A DNA stretch of 64,000 nt from Thalia democratica (Eukaryota): NCBI GenBank assembly GCA_965202585.1, contig OZ241830.1:40300001-40364000 (forward strand), in the 5' to 3' direction. Every line of letters starts with the position of its first letter. The first letter of the stretch is position 1. Positions 28,759-41,051 of this stretch are shown here, in pieces. The position numbers were made by a program, and so were the translations under genes. The notes under the pieces were generated by a model. The model searched no databases. It saw nothing but the letters and a program-made list of their open reading frames with translations, and had not been told where the DNA came from.

Positions 28759-29623
28759 ATGGACAAGTTAGTTGTTTATTGATTTTGTAATTGATATAGT
28801 TAAACTTGCATAAAGATAATAGTATTGGACTAAAAAGTTAAAATAACTCTGTAATCATCATAAAATTAAAGTTTTATAAGTTGATAGATTACCTTTATCA
28901 TACTATACTGAAGTTTATCATGTTTTACAAATATTATTAGTATATATACATATAAATAATAATTTTTTTATAGGCAAAGCCAATCTAACTCCAATAACCA
29001 TGCTAATCAATGTAACCCGAACAATTCAAAGTAAGTAGAGTTTATTTTAATACTAAAAAATTTCATGTTCCATAATCTAGTCTAACTTTACTCTACTAAC
29101 AAAAATAATTTTAAAAGGACATTTTTACTGTGTAAAAAAATAGAACAATGTGCTTTTTTGCTAAGAATTACAGACATATTAAAACTAGATAACTTTATAA
29201 ATATTTTATTTACACGACACAAACCTTTTATTATTTATAAGTTATGTTTTTTCAAAATACAAAACTACACTATTTATACTTTTCACAGTTATCAGGGTTA
29301 CCAAAGCAACTACGGTGGGTCTGGTACCAGGTCTGATTTGAACAATCACTCAAATCAGATGAATTCTAACAACGCTAAGTTAGTTTACATTATTTTTTGG
29401 TAAATAACTTTAAAATCTGTAAATTCTTAAATAAACGAACATAGTTTTTTTTTAATCTTAACAAAACATTATCGAAATATAAGATTTTTATTGTAACAAA
29501 TTTTAATTATGCTTCAGTTAAATGTATTAAACAGTTTCTCAAATTTTTCAAAAAGCTTTTATGATCTTTTTTATATAAAGTATTTTAATAACGTGTTTTT
29601 ACAGCTACCAAGGAAAGAAGTAG
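28759..29623 (+). CDS. Asn/Gln-rich two-repeat protein copy A4 (57 aa, intact)
   Basis: Exons 28759-28766, 28974-29030, 29289-29378, 29605-29623; all GT-AG, frame open. Confidence 0.88.
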
Positions 29624-30709
29624 GAATAAAAAGAAGCAAAATTATTGTCTTATTTTCTTCAATAAATAATAAAAATATCAAAATCGCTTATTTTTTATCT
29701 ATAAAAGTAAAAACTTTTAGATTTTATTAGATAAAAGTATATGATTAAATACAACATAAGTTTATAGACAATATGTACAAAAAGCATTTATTTATAAATT
29801 GTCTAACTACAATAGTCTCAACTAAAGTACTGCTCAAGTTAGGGTGTACAGTAAAATGTTTATAAACATTACGACTGCTTAACAGTATAACATTATGAAA
29901 ACGAGTTTTTCAAATGTACCTAGTAAAAACCTTTGAGCTAAATTTTACTTATATTTTGAATAGAAATACTTTTCATGTCAAATAAGGTTATAACAGCACC
30001 TTCATAATTCTAATTAATTGACATTAAAAAAATCCACTTACTGCTATTCACAAAAGACTAATAAAGAAATAAACTGTGATATGCCTGACACTAACCTAAA
30101 ACTAAAAAACATTAAATTTCATTGTTTGTCAAATGCTTAGTAATGGTTACTTAACGATTGTTTGATTAAAATTTTGCAATATACAGTTTGTATTTTTTTT
30201 TTTAGTTTTTGAAAACTATGCAACCGCTAAAATTTTTTCTAACAGATCTGTTCTGCAAAACACCTTTTTGTGTAAACTAGGGACGTTTATTATATAAATA
30301 TTTAAAATGTTGAAATCGGATATAAGCGTAGGTCCATAAATTTAAGTCTATGAAAAACCTTCAGAAATATTCTTTTATATTTTTATTTGAAAGTTGCTAA
30401 AATTAGTACAACAACTGTTACCATGATAATAATACAAAAAAACATAAGTTTCAACTCAATCTTTAATATGTAGAATTTATGCTATTGGAAAAAAAAATTG
30501 TTTATTTTTATCATTGGACAAAAAAAATGTTTTAATAAAAACTTGATATATAACAAAAACTTATAACACGTTGTTTTTGTTATTTATTAGTGATTATTGC
30601 ATTACAAAACGTTTGAATATTTATTTATTAAACTTAAAGAATTTTTTTTTTCTATTAAATGCTTGTTGTGAATATATAATGCACATATGAATATCAGAAG
30701 AGCTTGTAT

Positions 30710-30868
30710 TTATTTTCCACTCGAACACATTCTACCTTCGCACGAAGATCCTACTCGGCTTCTTGATTCTTCTTCAGTGAGACAATCTCCCCTGAACAGG
30801 CAGCCTTCAGCAGTACTCATGATCATCAACATCACAAACATCAGTAATGATGCAAATTTGCCCAACAT
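30710..30868 (-). CDS. Secreted 4-Cys RGD peptide precursor P4 (52 aa)
   Basis: MLGKFASLLMFVMLMIMSTAEG|CLFRGDCLTEEESRSRVGSSCEGRMCSSGK*. Confidence 0.9.
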   Translation of the reverse strand: MLGKFASLLMFVMLMIMSTAEGCLFRGDCLTEEESRSRVGSSCEGRMCSSGK

Positions 30869-33800
30869 ATTAAGTTTCTATTACTTAAAGCTGAAAATGT
30901 TTACGTTGATTTACTTTTGTTGCAATATATTAAACATACTGTTTTAAATAGCTGGTTTATTACAGTTTATAACCTTTATTTACACTATATTTGCGTATAC
31001 CCATTATTTTTTTTATTTTTTTAACTTTTTATTAATTTCAATGACATCAAGTAGATTTTTTTCTTTAGTTTTAGCTCTACATCTACAACTAATAATGAAC
31101 AATAAGAAGTTATTTAAAAAAGTTTACAATCTAGCGCGGTGTCTTATGCCTTAATTAGTAACTTTTTTGTTTAAGTTTTAATGAAAAATTTTACACTTCA
31201 TTATTAATATCAACTTAAATTTTATTACTTACTTTATCAGTACCGCGCTTGGATCATCAAACTACAGCCCTCAAAGCAAAAATTTACGGCTCGCTAAGTA
31301 ACTTTTGACTGAAAACTTTTTCTTTTAACATTAAAAAAAGCTTACAGTTTAGTCCTTAACTAACAATGACTGAACTTTACAAGTGCTCTGTTGTGGTTTA
31401 TTTTTGTTAAAATAGGTTTAAAATTTAATTTCATATTGTTGCTAGACTTTGAAATAACTGTTGTAGCAAAAACTTTTCTATCTTATTCACTTGTAGAAGC
31501 TTACAGATAAACTTGCCGGCTGCTTCTAAAAGGCTGCCGACCCTCGATCTAGTTAGATGCTACTACATTTGAAGAAAATTGTTTTTTTGGTAAAGCAAGT
31601 ATAAGTTTTTTAAATTTAGCAAACTAAATTAAAACGTAATGAGTTTCCTAAACATTTTGTTTTTTATACGTAAAAAAAAATTGTAAGTCCTGTAGAAACA
31701 AATTCTATTAATGACAGTTAGTTAAAAAGTTGAGAAAACAATTAAGTTTGCTAATGAATACGTCTTAGATACCTTTATAATATTTTATGATTGTTTTTAA
31801 TTTATCGGTAAACTAAATTTAGTTTTTTTAGAATTTAATTTTCTATTAACATAATTTAATTAGTTTAATAACAGCCTCACAGTTCTACATTGTTTATGAA
31901 ACAAATTTATAAATAATATAAATTTCAAACTTGTTCAAAAATTTAAACAAATAGAATTTTTTTGTTGGATAAATATAAACTTTTATATAAGTTACATTTC
32001 TGCATTTTTTAGTATACTTTTGAGGTTCATATATAAAGTTTTGCACAGATTTACATAGGACATACTTCACACTTTTTTAAAGAAAAATCATGTCTAACTA
32101 AAACCATTACTAATAAAAACTATCAGTATTCAAATTAGAGATAATATTAAACACTTATAGACAAGTAAAAGTTTCAAAAAATGTACATAAAACAGAATAG
32201 ATTTAAAACTAAAACCTGTTTCTATAATTTACTTCTTTTTAAAATTATAAAATGTTAGCAATCAGTTCTATCAAACTCATTTTACAGATTAAACTAGCTT
32301 CATACTATCGTTTATATAGCAAATATAAATTGGTTACGTAACTTAAGTTGTGTAAGATGCTGTTGTTATTTCCTTTCACATAATTATGTAGTTGTTTATA
32401 TTTTCCTGGTGTATAATTATGTTGATAAAATTACTGAAGAAACTTGCATGAACTTTTGTTGATGCATTAAGTCTTTCATTTTTTTTACTTTAAATAATAA
32501 AAGTCATTTTTTTGCAAACTTTTCTTTAGTTCAGTACTTTAAGTTAGCTATCCACAACTGTAATCTAAAAACATTCAAAGAAAGCATTTAAATTTTAGTT
32601 TAGCAAAAACATATATTTGTTTATAAACATACTCAATTTCGAAAAACATGTAAACTGAATTAAGTTTTAACGTAATTAATTATAACAAAATTTTCTGACA
32701 AACTGAACCTGAAAAAATAAAAAAGTATCTTACAAATTAAAAACTCCTTAAACAGCTTCTTGTAAAAACTTGAAACATGTTAAATATGCTTATTTACATT
32801 GATTTTTCCAATGTTTAAAAATAATTGTTGTTTAAATTATTTATCATAAATTATTAAAATAAGTTTTATTAACTAAAAAGTTTCAATGAAATAAGCAAAC
32901 AAAAACGTTTTTTCTACTAAAAAATTTAAATGTCCTCCGTTTGTTGAGACGTTAACTTAGTATATAATTTTTGTATTAATGAAATTGCTAGTTTCAAATA
33001 GTTTTGCATGACCTAATAAGTATTTTTTATAAACACCAACGTTTAGTCACTAATTAATATATGTTTTCTATTTTAGTTGTTTTACAAAAACTTAGATTTC
33101 ATAGTGATTAATTGTCTTTAACGAGCTATGAGCAGCTAAACACTTTAAACAATTTGTACAACATTAAGTACAAAATATATTGTAGTTAACTTTTTTTTAA
33201 TAAACTAGTTTAAAAAGTCTATAGCGTCGTGCTTTTTAATAAAACTTTTTCCTGGGTATCTTGTTTTAGTAAGATTAATTATATTACGAAATATCTTTTT
33301 TTCAAACACATTACTAACTTCAAATTTATATATTATTACTTAATTTAAAAATTTTTCACTGTCAGCTCAAATTGTTTAAGAATTTGATTTAGTCTTTTTT
33401 TTAACAGTCAACATGATACTTTAAAGCTATTTTTAAATTTTTTTAAGGTTTTTATGTCGGTTATTTTTCAAACAAATGTTTATATGTTCATTTTTATTGC
33501 ACTTGTAGTAATTTTATTGATCACCGTTTAATCTAGAATAATTTTTTAATTTATCAAAAGATTTTAGTTACAGTTTTTAAATGTCATTCTAAACTTATTA
33601 AAACTCTAAAAACAAATATAAGTCAAAAATTGTTAACCAAAGTACATTTTTAAGAACTTTTACTTATAAAACTTGTCAGTATACTAGAACTTTGCACATT
33701 AATTTTTGTTTTTTTGTTTTGTTAAGTATTTATTTTATATTTACTAACTTATTACCTATTTACTTAAAATACTAATCTACATAAACCAGTCAGTATTTTT

Positions 33801-34036
33801 GTTTACAAGTAACAAAAATAAAAGTATAAAAATGAATTAAAAGTATTACAAATTACGTGAAATATTATAAATGTCTAATTAATAAAAAATTTTTGTTAAC
33901 TTATTTTTTATTTACAACTGGTGAAAAGAATTAAAAAGTAACTTTATAAAAAGTTTATAAAAACGCTAAAAGCATTTAAAGTGTTAAAATTCTAACAATT
34001 AAAATAAATTTTTCAATTTTTTGCTGCGATGTTTTC

Positions 34037-35044
34037 TTACTTCTTACCTTGGTAGCTGTAAAACAAGTAATTGTTATTTAGATGTTAAAACTGTTATACT
34101 TCTTAGATCTTTGTTAAATAAAGATCCGAACAAAATAAATTTGTTTTAACATATCAGCAACAGATTAGAAATATTGCTTTATTATATATACAAAAGTAAT
34201 ATAGTATTATAAAGCTTGTTTAACAACTCTATGAAACAGTGTTACTAGTTTAACAATGAGAAACGTACGTTAGTTTAAATGAAGCTAGTACTTAGTAATT
34301 TTTTTTTGTTATTTATATAGTTTTCACGTTTACACAAACTATGGTTATTTAAAAATTTTTGAATCAAACAAAGCTGATTTTATCTAAATTTTAAATACAC
34401 AATTATCATAGTTACAGCTTTGAAGCGTTTTATGGTTCTTCCGAAAAATATGTCTACAGTTTTCAAAAAAATTTCAAACAAATAATTTAAACTAACTTTG
34501 AGTTGTTAGAATTCATCTGATTTGAGTGGTTGTTCAAATCAGATCTGGTACCAGACCCACCGTAGTTACTTTTGTGACCCTGATAACTGTTAAAAATATT
34601 AATAAAGCAATTGTGTTTTTATAGAATCATTTCGAATAAAAAACTTTTTTTTTGTAAGAATTAATAAGCTTGCTCTACAAAAGGTTTAAAAACATATATT
34701 ATTCTGTTAAAAGAAATTTTTAAAATGCTAAATTTTGTTTTTAAACATTAAAACTGATTATTTTGTAATTAAACTCTACTTACTTTGAATTGTTCGGGTT
34801 ACATTGATTAGCATGATTATTGGCGTTAGACTGGTTTTGCCTATAAAACAAACTCAATAATAATAAAAGAGCGAAGAAAGGTTTTAAGACTAAAATATAA
34901 CATAAATTATTAAATTATAGTTTTAAAGCAAAGTGTAGCATTTAACTATCATATTGACGAGTACTCATAACCCTCTCACTAGATAACTTTAGCTTGACTT
35001 AAACAATTACAATAATAAAATCATTAAACAACTTACTTGTCCAT
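34037..35044 (-). CDS. Asn/Gln-rich two-repeat protein copy B5 (57 aa, intact)
   Basis: Exons 35044-35037, 34840-34784, 34586-34497, 34055-34037; frame open. Confidence 0.88.
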
Positions 35045-35914
35045 ATTTATAACTTGTTGTCGAGTGAACTGCTTCTAAGAAGTGATAAAAAATTACTCAT
35101 TTCAGCTTAATTTATAGGAGTGATGCTAATTTAGGTGAATCCCCAATGTGTGAAATAGTTTTCACTCGTCGGTGAATTCCCTAATCGTCAACTGTACTTT
35201 CTATTTAAACATATTTTGTAATCGTATATGTCATTGAAAACTTTTTATTTACTTTTATATGCTTGTTTAGTACTTCTTTGTTTACCTTTTTGGATTAAAT
35301 ACAACAACAACTTTTTGAAACTTTTTTCACAAACCAGCACAATTTATAAAAATAGAAAGTATACAATTGTTCATATAGTTGAGTGTATAGCTTTATTGCA
35401 CAACTCAAAATGTTGAACAATTCTTATTCAATACTAGATTACGGAAAAAAAATATATAACTTAAACTATATTTTGACTATGTATAGATTTCATAATCAAT
35501 TCAGTTGATAGTAAATACTACTAAACTTATATTGTCTATTGTTTTATAAATGTTAAAGTCTTTCATATATTATAGAACTATCCAAAAATAGTATTATAAA
35601 GTTCAATTCAAAACCTTAATTATAGTTTAAAAACAATAGAATAACTTTGAAAACTTTTATTAATTTTTTTCTTAATGTGTTTCTTAATTTGTAGTTACGC
35701 AAAAATTTGACATTTTGGTTTTTATTGTAAAATAATTATCTATATTTAATAAACTTATTGTAGTATGTTTTAGTATAATGTAATACAACATATAGATTTA
35801 ATTTATACACAGTAATGTGAGTTTTTGAACACGTTTTTCAGTTTTGTTTGCCTATGCAGTTGTTCCATCCCAAAACAGTATATAAATACTTAATTAAAAC
35901 TCTATACTCTAGAG

Positions 35915-38730
35915 TAGGGGTGGGCAACGTAAATAATTGACGGGCCGGATCCAAAAAAAATTAAGTCTCAGCGGGCCGGAGCATTTAGAGTAAGTGATTT
36001 ACCGGATCCAGCTGGATCCTTTTATAGATCCGGATCCTTATTTAATGATATTATCCGGATCTGGCAAAATACTATTTTTAGACAAGGTTCCGGATCCGAA
36101 TAGAATCTAATTCCAAAAAAGATTTGGCTTCCGTCTGGTGTTTTAGAATTTTGAATTAAGTATGAAATTTTATGTTAATTCTATATTGATTTTAACTTTG
36201 AACCGAACTAATACTACTTAATCTTATAAAACCAAAAATTTACTTACTAAAAGTTACTCGAGCCTAACATTTCAAGCTGTAAATTAAAAATAAATTAACT
36301 ATTTGAAACTGTCTAATTTTGACAACCCTTGGCTGGAGTTTACATTAATAATATTATTCAGAAGTTTACTTACATTATGGTGTTAAACTACTACCTTTTA
36401 ATTTAAATAAACTTATAAAGATTCTTTACATATTTTTGCACGTATAAAAGAATCGAAAGAACAAATAAATTTTCTATAATAAACAGTTTTACCATAATTA
36501 GCGAAAAAAAAATTAAATGATGCAGATGAAACACTTAAGGTTGATAATGAATTAGAGTTGTTTAAAAGTTGCATGACGGTTTGGAAAAATCTGCAAGTGC
36601 ACTGGAATACTGATTCGGTATAAAATTAGCTAATCCTTAATGATCTTTAAGGTCGAAAATGTTTGTCTGCAAATGTATGAAGTCTCGAACAAAACAACTG
36701 GTTTCATGGTCATCTTTTGAAGTTGACAAAATTTGGCTTGCTCAATGGTACATAAAATCTATCTAAAAATCTACTAAGAACAACAAAAATTATATGTTTA
36801 ATTTAAATTTTTTTATCAACTTATTTACAAAACTGTTAAACTTAGATAATATAAGAAAATATTGAAACTAAACCTTTTTCAAAATCTATAAAAAAACTGG
36901 ACTGGGATTATTAAAAATGATAAAATAATCATTTGATTTTTTTTTTAAAGCTAAACAGGTCCTGAGAAAATCTTGTTTTTTTTTGAAATTTAAATTATCG
37001 TGAGTAATCCTGAAATTTATAAAAAATATCCTGAGTACACCAAATATCCTGATTGTGTAGATATCTTGAGGTTATGGAGGACTTTTTGAATTTTAAAAGT
37101 ACAACTTTTGCTATTTGTTTTTAGTAAAAAATTACAATTAAGGTCAAAAATTGTGCTTAATAGTATATAATTAATGAAGATACTAAATATATTTAAAAAT
37201 TAAAAAATATAAAAACATATATACAACATTTTTTATCTTATCTAAATTTCATCATTTTATGTAAAAATTGTTAAGGTTTTATCTTGTTATTTTTTAAGTA
37301 CTAAATTGTTGGCAATAAAATTAACTTTGCCAAAATTTTCAAGTTCAACGTTCTTTCAATATTATAGATTAAATATCTAATCCGATACTACAATCTAAAG
37401 GAGATAAAACAAATCTATAAATATTAAACATCTTGCAAAATATGTTTTATTTATTCCAAATTATAATAGGATTGCTCTTTTTGAAAAAACTTAACTTGTT
37501 GAACTAAAATAAGTCTGAGTTTAAAAGAAAAGTCAAATAAAAATTTGATGTCATCCAAGTTTGAAAAATTAACCATTTATCAATCTTAAATACCTAATAA
37601 CATCAAAATAACAATAAAATGCTTAATGAGAATAAAATTGAAAGTTATTATAACCAAACCATAAAATTTTGCCTGCCATTTATAAAAATATAAATAATAT
37701 CCTAAGTTAGCAGAGCTTTTATAGAATTTTAGACTAGCCAGAGTTATTTAGTAGTCTTAATGTGAGTCAACCTTTCTCAAAACATGATAAATTATTTCAA
37801 AAGTAAAATTAATAGATAAGAAACTTTTTTGTACTTTACTTTTAGAATTTAACAACTATTATTTAAAATTTTACTAGATTGTAAACTGTTACTACAAACA
37901 TAAACAAATAAATTTTCAAACAAATCATACTTGAAATTAATGAGATACTATTTTGAAATATTGTTATAATTTGGTTATAACCAAATTTAATCATTCAATT
38001 AATTAAAAAGTCCGTAGTTAAAAATCAATAGCAGAAAAGAGTGCAAACTGTTATCTCAACTTGGAATATTTTACTAAAATGTAAAGTTAAGCACTTTAAC
38101 TTAAAATAATTGTCAATGTCTAAATAAATAAAAAAGTTAACTTTTATAAAATCAACTCACTGCACATCTGCGTTAGACAGCAATTTTTTACACGTCCATT
38201 TTTTATGAAGGTGAATATAGTAGGTTGTAATACAACCGTTGTAATACAACCGTTGTAATACAACCGTTATAATACAACCGTTGTAATACAACCGTTATAA
38301 TACAACCGTTGTAATACAACCGTTGTATCATCAAGTAAGTTGTAACAGCATAAAAATGTTTATGGGGTAATTTGAGAAAGGATTGTTTTAACTGACTTAA
38401 ACCAAAATATCATACCATAACAAAATGGTGTTTTTTCACCACAAAAATAAAAAGCCATTTTTAAAACCGTTATCAGGGTCAAAGTCTTACAGATTTGTTT
38501 TGCGAAAACAATTCAAAAGAGGTTTCGCAAAAATTCTGTAATTATTACATTGGCTTTTCAGATTTCATACAAATTTTAAAAATACCTAGCGGGCCGGATC
38601 ACCTACTCGCGGGCCGGATCAATTTTGTCCGCGGGCCGGATTCCATTTAAACTTAAAAATGGTTTGGGGGCCGGTCGTTTTCACTCCGCGGGCCGGATCC
38701 GGCCCGCGGGCCGTACGTTGCCCACCCCTA
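35915..38730. mobile_element. Non-autonomous hAT-superfamily DNA transposon (2816 bp)
   Basis: 16-bp TIRs TAGGGGTGGGCAACGT / ACGTTGCCCACCCCTA; 8-bp TSD CTCTAGAG (35907-35914, 38731-38738); repeated subterminal GCGGGCCGGATC motifs. Absent from the other four spacers; no intact transposase ORF. Confidence 0.92.
38224..38327. repeat. 14-bp minisatellite (GTTGTAATACAACC) x~7.4 inside the hAT element
   Basis: Seven full units, two of them with GTTATA, plus a partial unit; no spacers. Confidence 0.95.
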
Positions 38731-38984
38731 CTCTAGAGTCTAATAATTCAAAGATAAAAAGCACACATTTAGTGTACCACAGTTGTTATAATTTTATGTT
38801 ACGTTGCACAATGTTCATACTGTAATTTTTTATGAATTTTCGAAAACTTTTAAATACTCATTCATCGCAATTGTTAATTTAAACTGATATCATCATAAAA
38901 TAGTTTTGAATATTCAAAAATCATCGTAAAAAAACAGTTGACGTTTAAGAAAACCACCAGTAAATTGAAAACATTTATCAAAAA

Positions 38985-38994
38985 GGGATTTTCC
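38985..38994 (+). promoter_or_regulatory. Consensus NF-kB site GGGATTTTCC, unit 5 spacer
   Basis: Exact consensus match; lies on the A5 side of the hAT insertion. Confidence 0.6.
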
Positions 38995-40171
38995 CAAATA
39001 TTTTACCTAATTTTAAAATTATTTATTTTTATACCTGATTTTATTACTTCACAAAAGCGAACACAATTAATTTATAAACCATTTCAAATTGTTACAAATA
39101 ATAACTTTTAAATTTATGTTATTATAATATACATGAACTCATAAAAAGATAAAGTAATAGTTTTTTGTGTTAAGCATTAAATTTATTGCTTGTGTTTATA
39201 TATTTTTCATGAACAAAATACGTTTTAAACTAAAGTTTTAAAGATTGCAGTTTAGTTTATGCGATACATTATTACACAATTTTGATTATTTCTAAATAGG
39301 GTTATACCCAAAAACAAAAGCACTTTTTGTGTATTTAGAATATTTACAATACTGTTTTGTAACTTTAAACAAACATTTACAGTTTTTTTTCAAACCTTTA
39401 ACAAATATGTAAAGCGAGTGTCAATCATTTTTCATTAATTTCAAAACTTTTAAAGTTTTAATTAATCTCTATTAAAATGTCTTAAAATTTTAGTGTTCCG
39501 CAGTACATAAATTATAATATAATTCTATTCTAGTCATTAAATTAAAGTTGAGATTAAAGTTAACTGTTAAATAAAAAATATGTTTAAATTGTTTTGTAGC
39601 TAATTCAAAATTTGTATAACTAAAAAAAAATGTTTTGTTAATCAACAAATATCAATTTTTTAAGCATTTGTATCTAAACTTCAATACAAAGTTTTTTACA
39701 AAATTAACTAAAGTAGCTATTTTCATTAGAATCAAAAGATTAATTTTACATTTAGTGTTCTTGAAGTAATTATGAAGAAGTTTGTTAAGTATTTAATAAT
39801 CGCTAACTGTAAAAAAATATTTAATGTGGTTTTTGGCATTAAGTGAATGTATATATTTAAAATATTAGATATAACATAATACAGCGATAAGTTCTAAAGT
39901 TACAAATAAGCAAATTTCGTTGGAAAGTCAAAACTATCATTTTATTTGTAAAACATAAAGTTAACAAACTTATCTTTGTTATGACTACTAAACCCGTTCA
40001 AATAGGAAGTACAGTTAACGTTTAGGGAATTCACCAGCAAACAAAACATTTTCACACATTGGAGATTAACCTAAATTAATATCTCTCGTATATATTAAGC
40101 TGAGTTGAGCTATTTTTTGTCACTTCATAGAAGCTTCATAGAAGCAGTTCACTCGAAAACAAGTTACTAAT

Positions 40172-41051
40172 ATGGACAAGTTAGTTGTTTAATGATTTTG
40201 TAGTTAATACAGTTAAACTTGCTAAAGCTAATAGTATTGGACGAAAAAGTTAAAATAGCTGTATAATCATCATAAAATTAAAGTTTTATAAGTTGATAGT
40301 TTAGCTTCATTATACTATACTGAAGTTTTTTATTTTTTGCAAATACTGTTAATGTATTTAAAAATCAGTATTTTTTGTAGGCAAAGCCAGTCTGACGCCA
40401 ATAACCATGCTAATCAATGTAACCCGAACAATTCAAAGTAAGTAGAATTTATTTTGTTACTAAAATGATATCTATATTTATTATCATATTAAGAATGTAT
40501 GTTTTTTACTCTGGTCTAACTTTACTCTACTAACAAAAAATAAGTTTATAAAGACATTTTTTATGTGTAAAAAAATGGAAAAATGTGCTTTTGTGCTAGG
40601 AATTACAGACATGATAAAACTAATTATAAACTTTTTGAAATATTTCATTCGCACGACACAAACCTAATGTAGTTTATAAGTTAATTTATTTTAAATACAA
40701 TATTACACTATTTATACTTTTCACAGTTATCAGAACTACCAAAGCAACTATGGTGGGTCTGGTACCAGATCTGATTTGAACAATCACTCGAATCAGATGA
40801 ATCCTAACAACTCAAAGTTAGTTTACATTATTTTTTCGGAAACAACTTAAAATCTGTAAATATTTTAATAAACATACATAGTTGTTTTTTGCTATAAACC
40901 ATACAGTATCAAATCTATGAGATTCTGTTGTGAAAAAAATAGTTAAGTTTTAGTAAAATGTATTAAGTTGTGTATCAGTTTTTTTAAAAAGTATATATGA
41001 TCTTTCTGAATAGCATTAAAATATTTTCACAGCTACCAAGGAAAGAAGTAG
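40172..41051 (+). CDS. Asn/Gln-rich two-repeat protein copy A5 (57 aa, intact, most divergent)
   Basis: Exons 40172-40179, 40381-40437, 40727-40816, 41033-41051: MDKQSQSDANNHANQCNPNNSNYQNYQSNYGGSGTRSDLNNHSNQMNPNNSNYQGKK*. Confidence 0.88.

Noticed and set aside
4969-30947. Plus-strand ORFs '...FPLEHILPSHEDPTRLLDSSSVRQ...' (4969, 13500, 22028, 30687)
   Set aside because: Antisense shadows of the RGD peptide gene. Their starts, ends and lengths vary between copies, while the minus-strand ORF is fixed and has a signal peptide.
36480-36780. Possible hAT dimerisation-domain remnant inside the insertion
   Set aside because: Only faint motif resemblance, with stops; cannot be supported without a profile search.
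38224-38327. CRISPR-like appearance of the palindromic repeat
   Set aside because: Units are contiguous with no spacers; eukaryotic context with no cas genes.
38625-38825. 66-aa ORF with AGRI repeats
   Set aside because: Reading of the GC-rich subterminal repeats and TIR of the hAT element.
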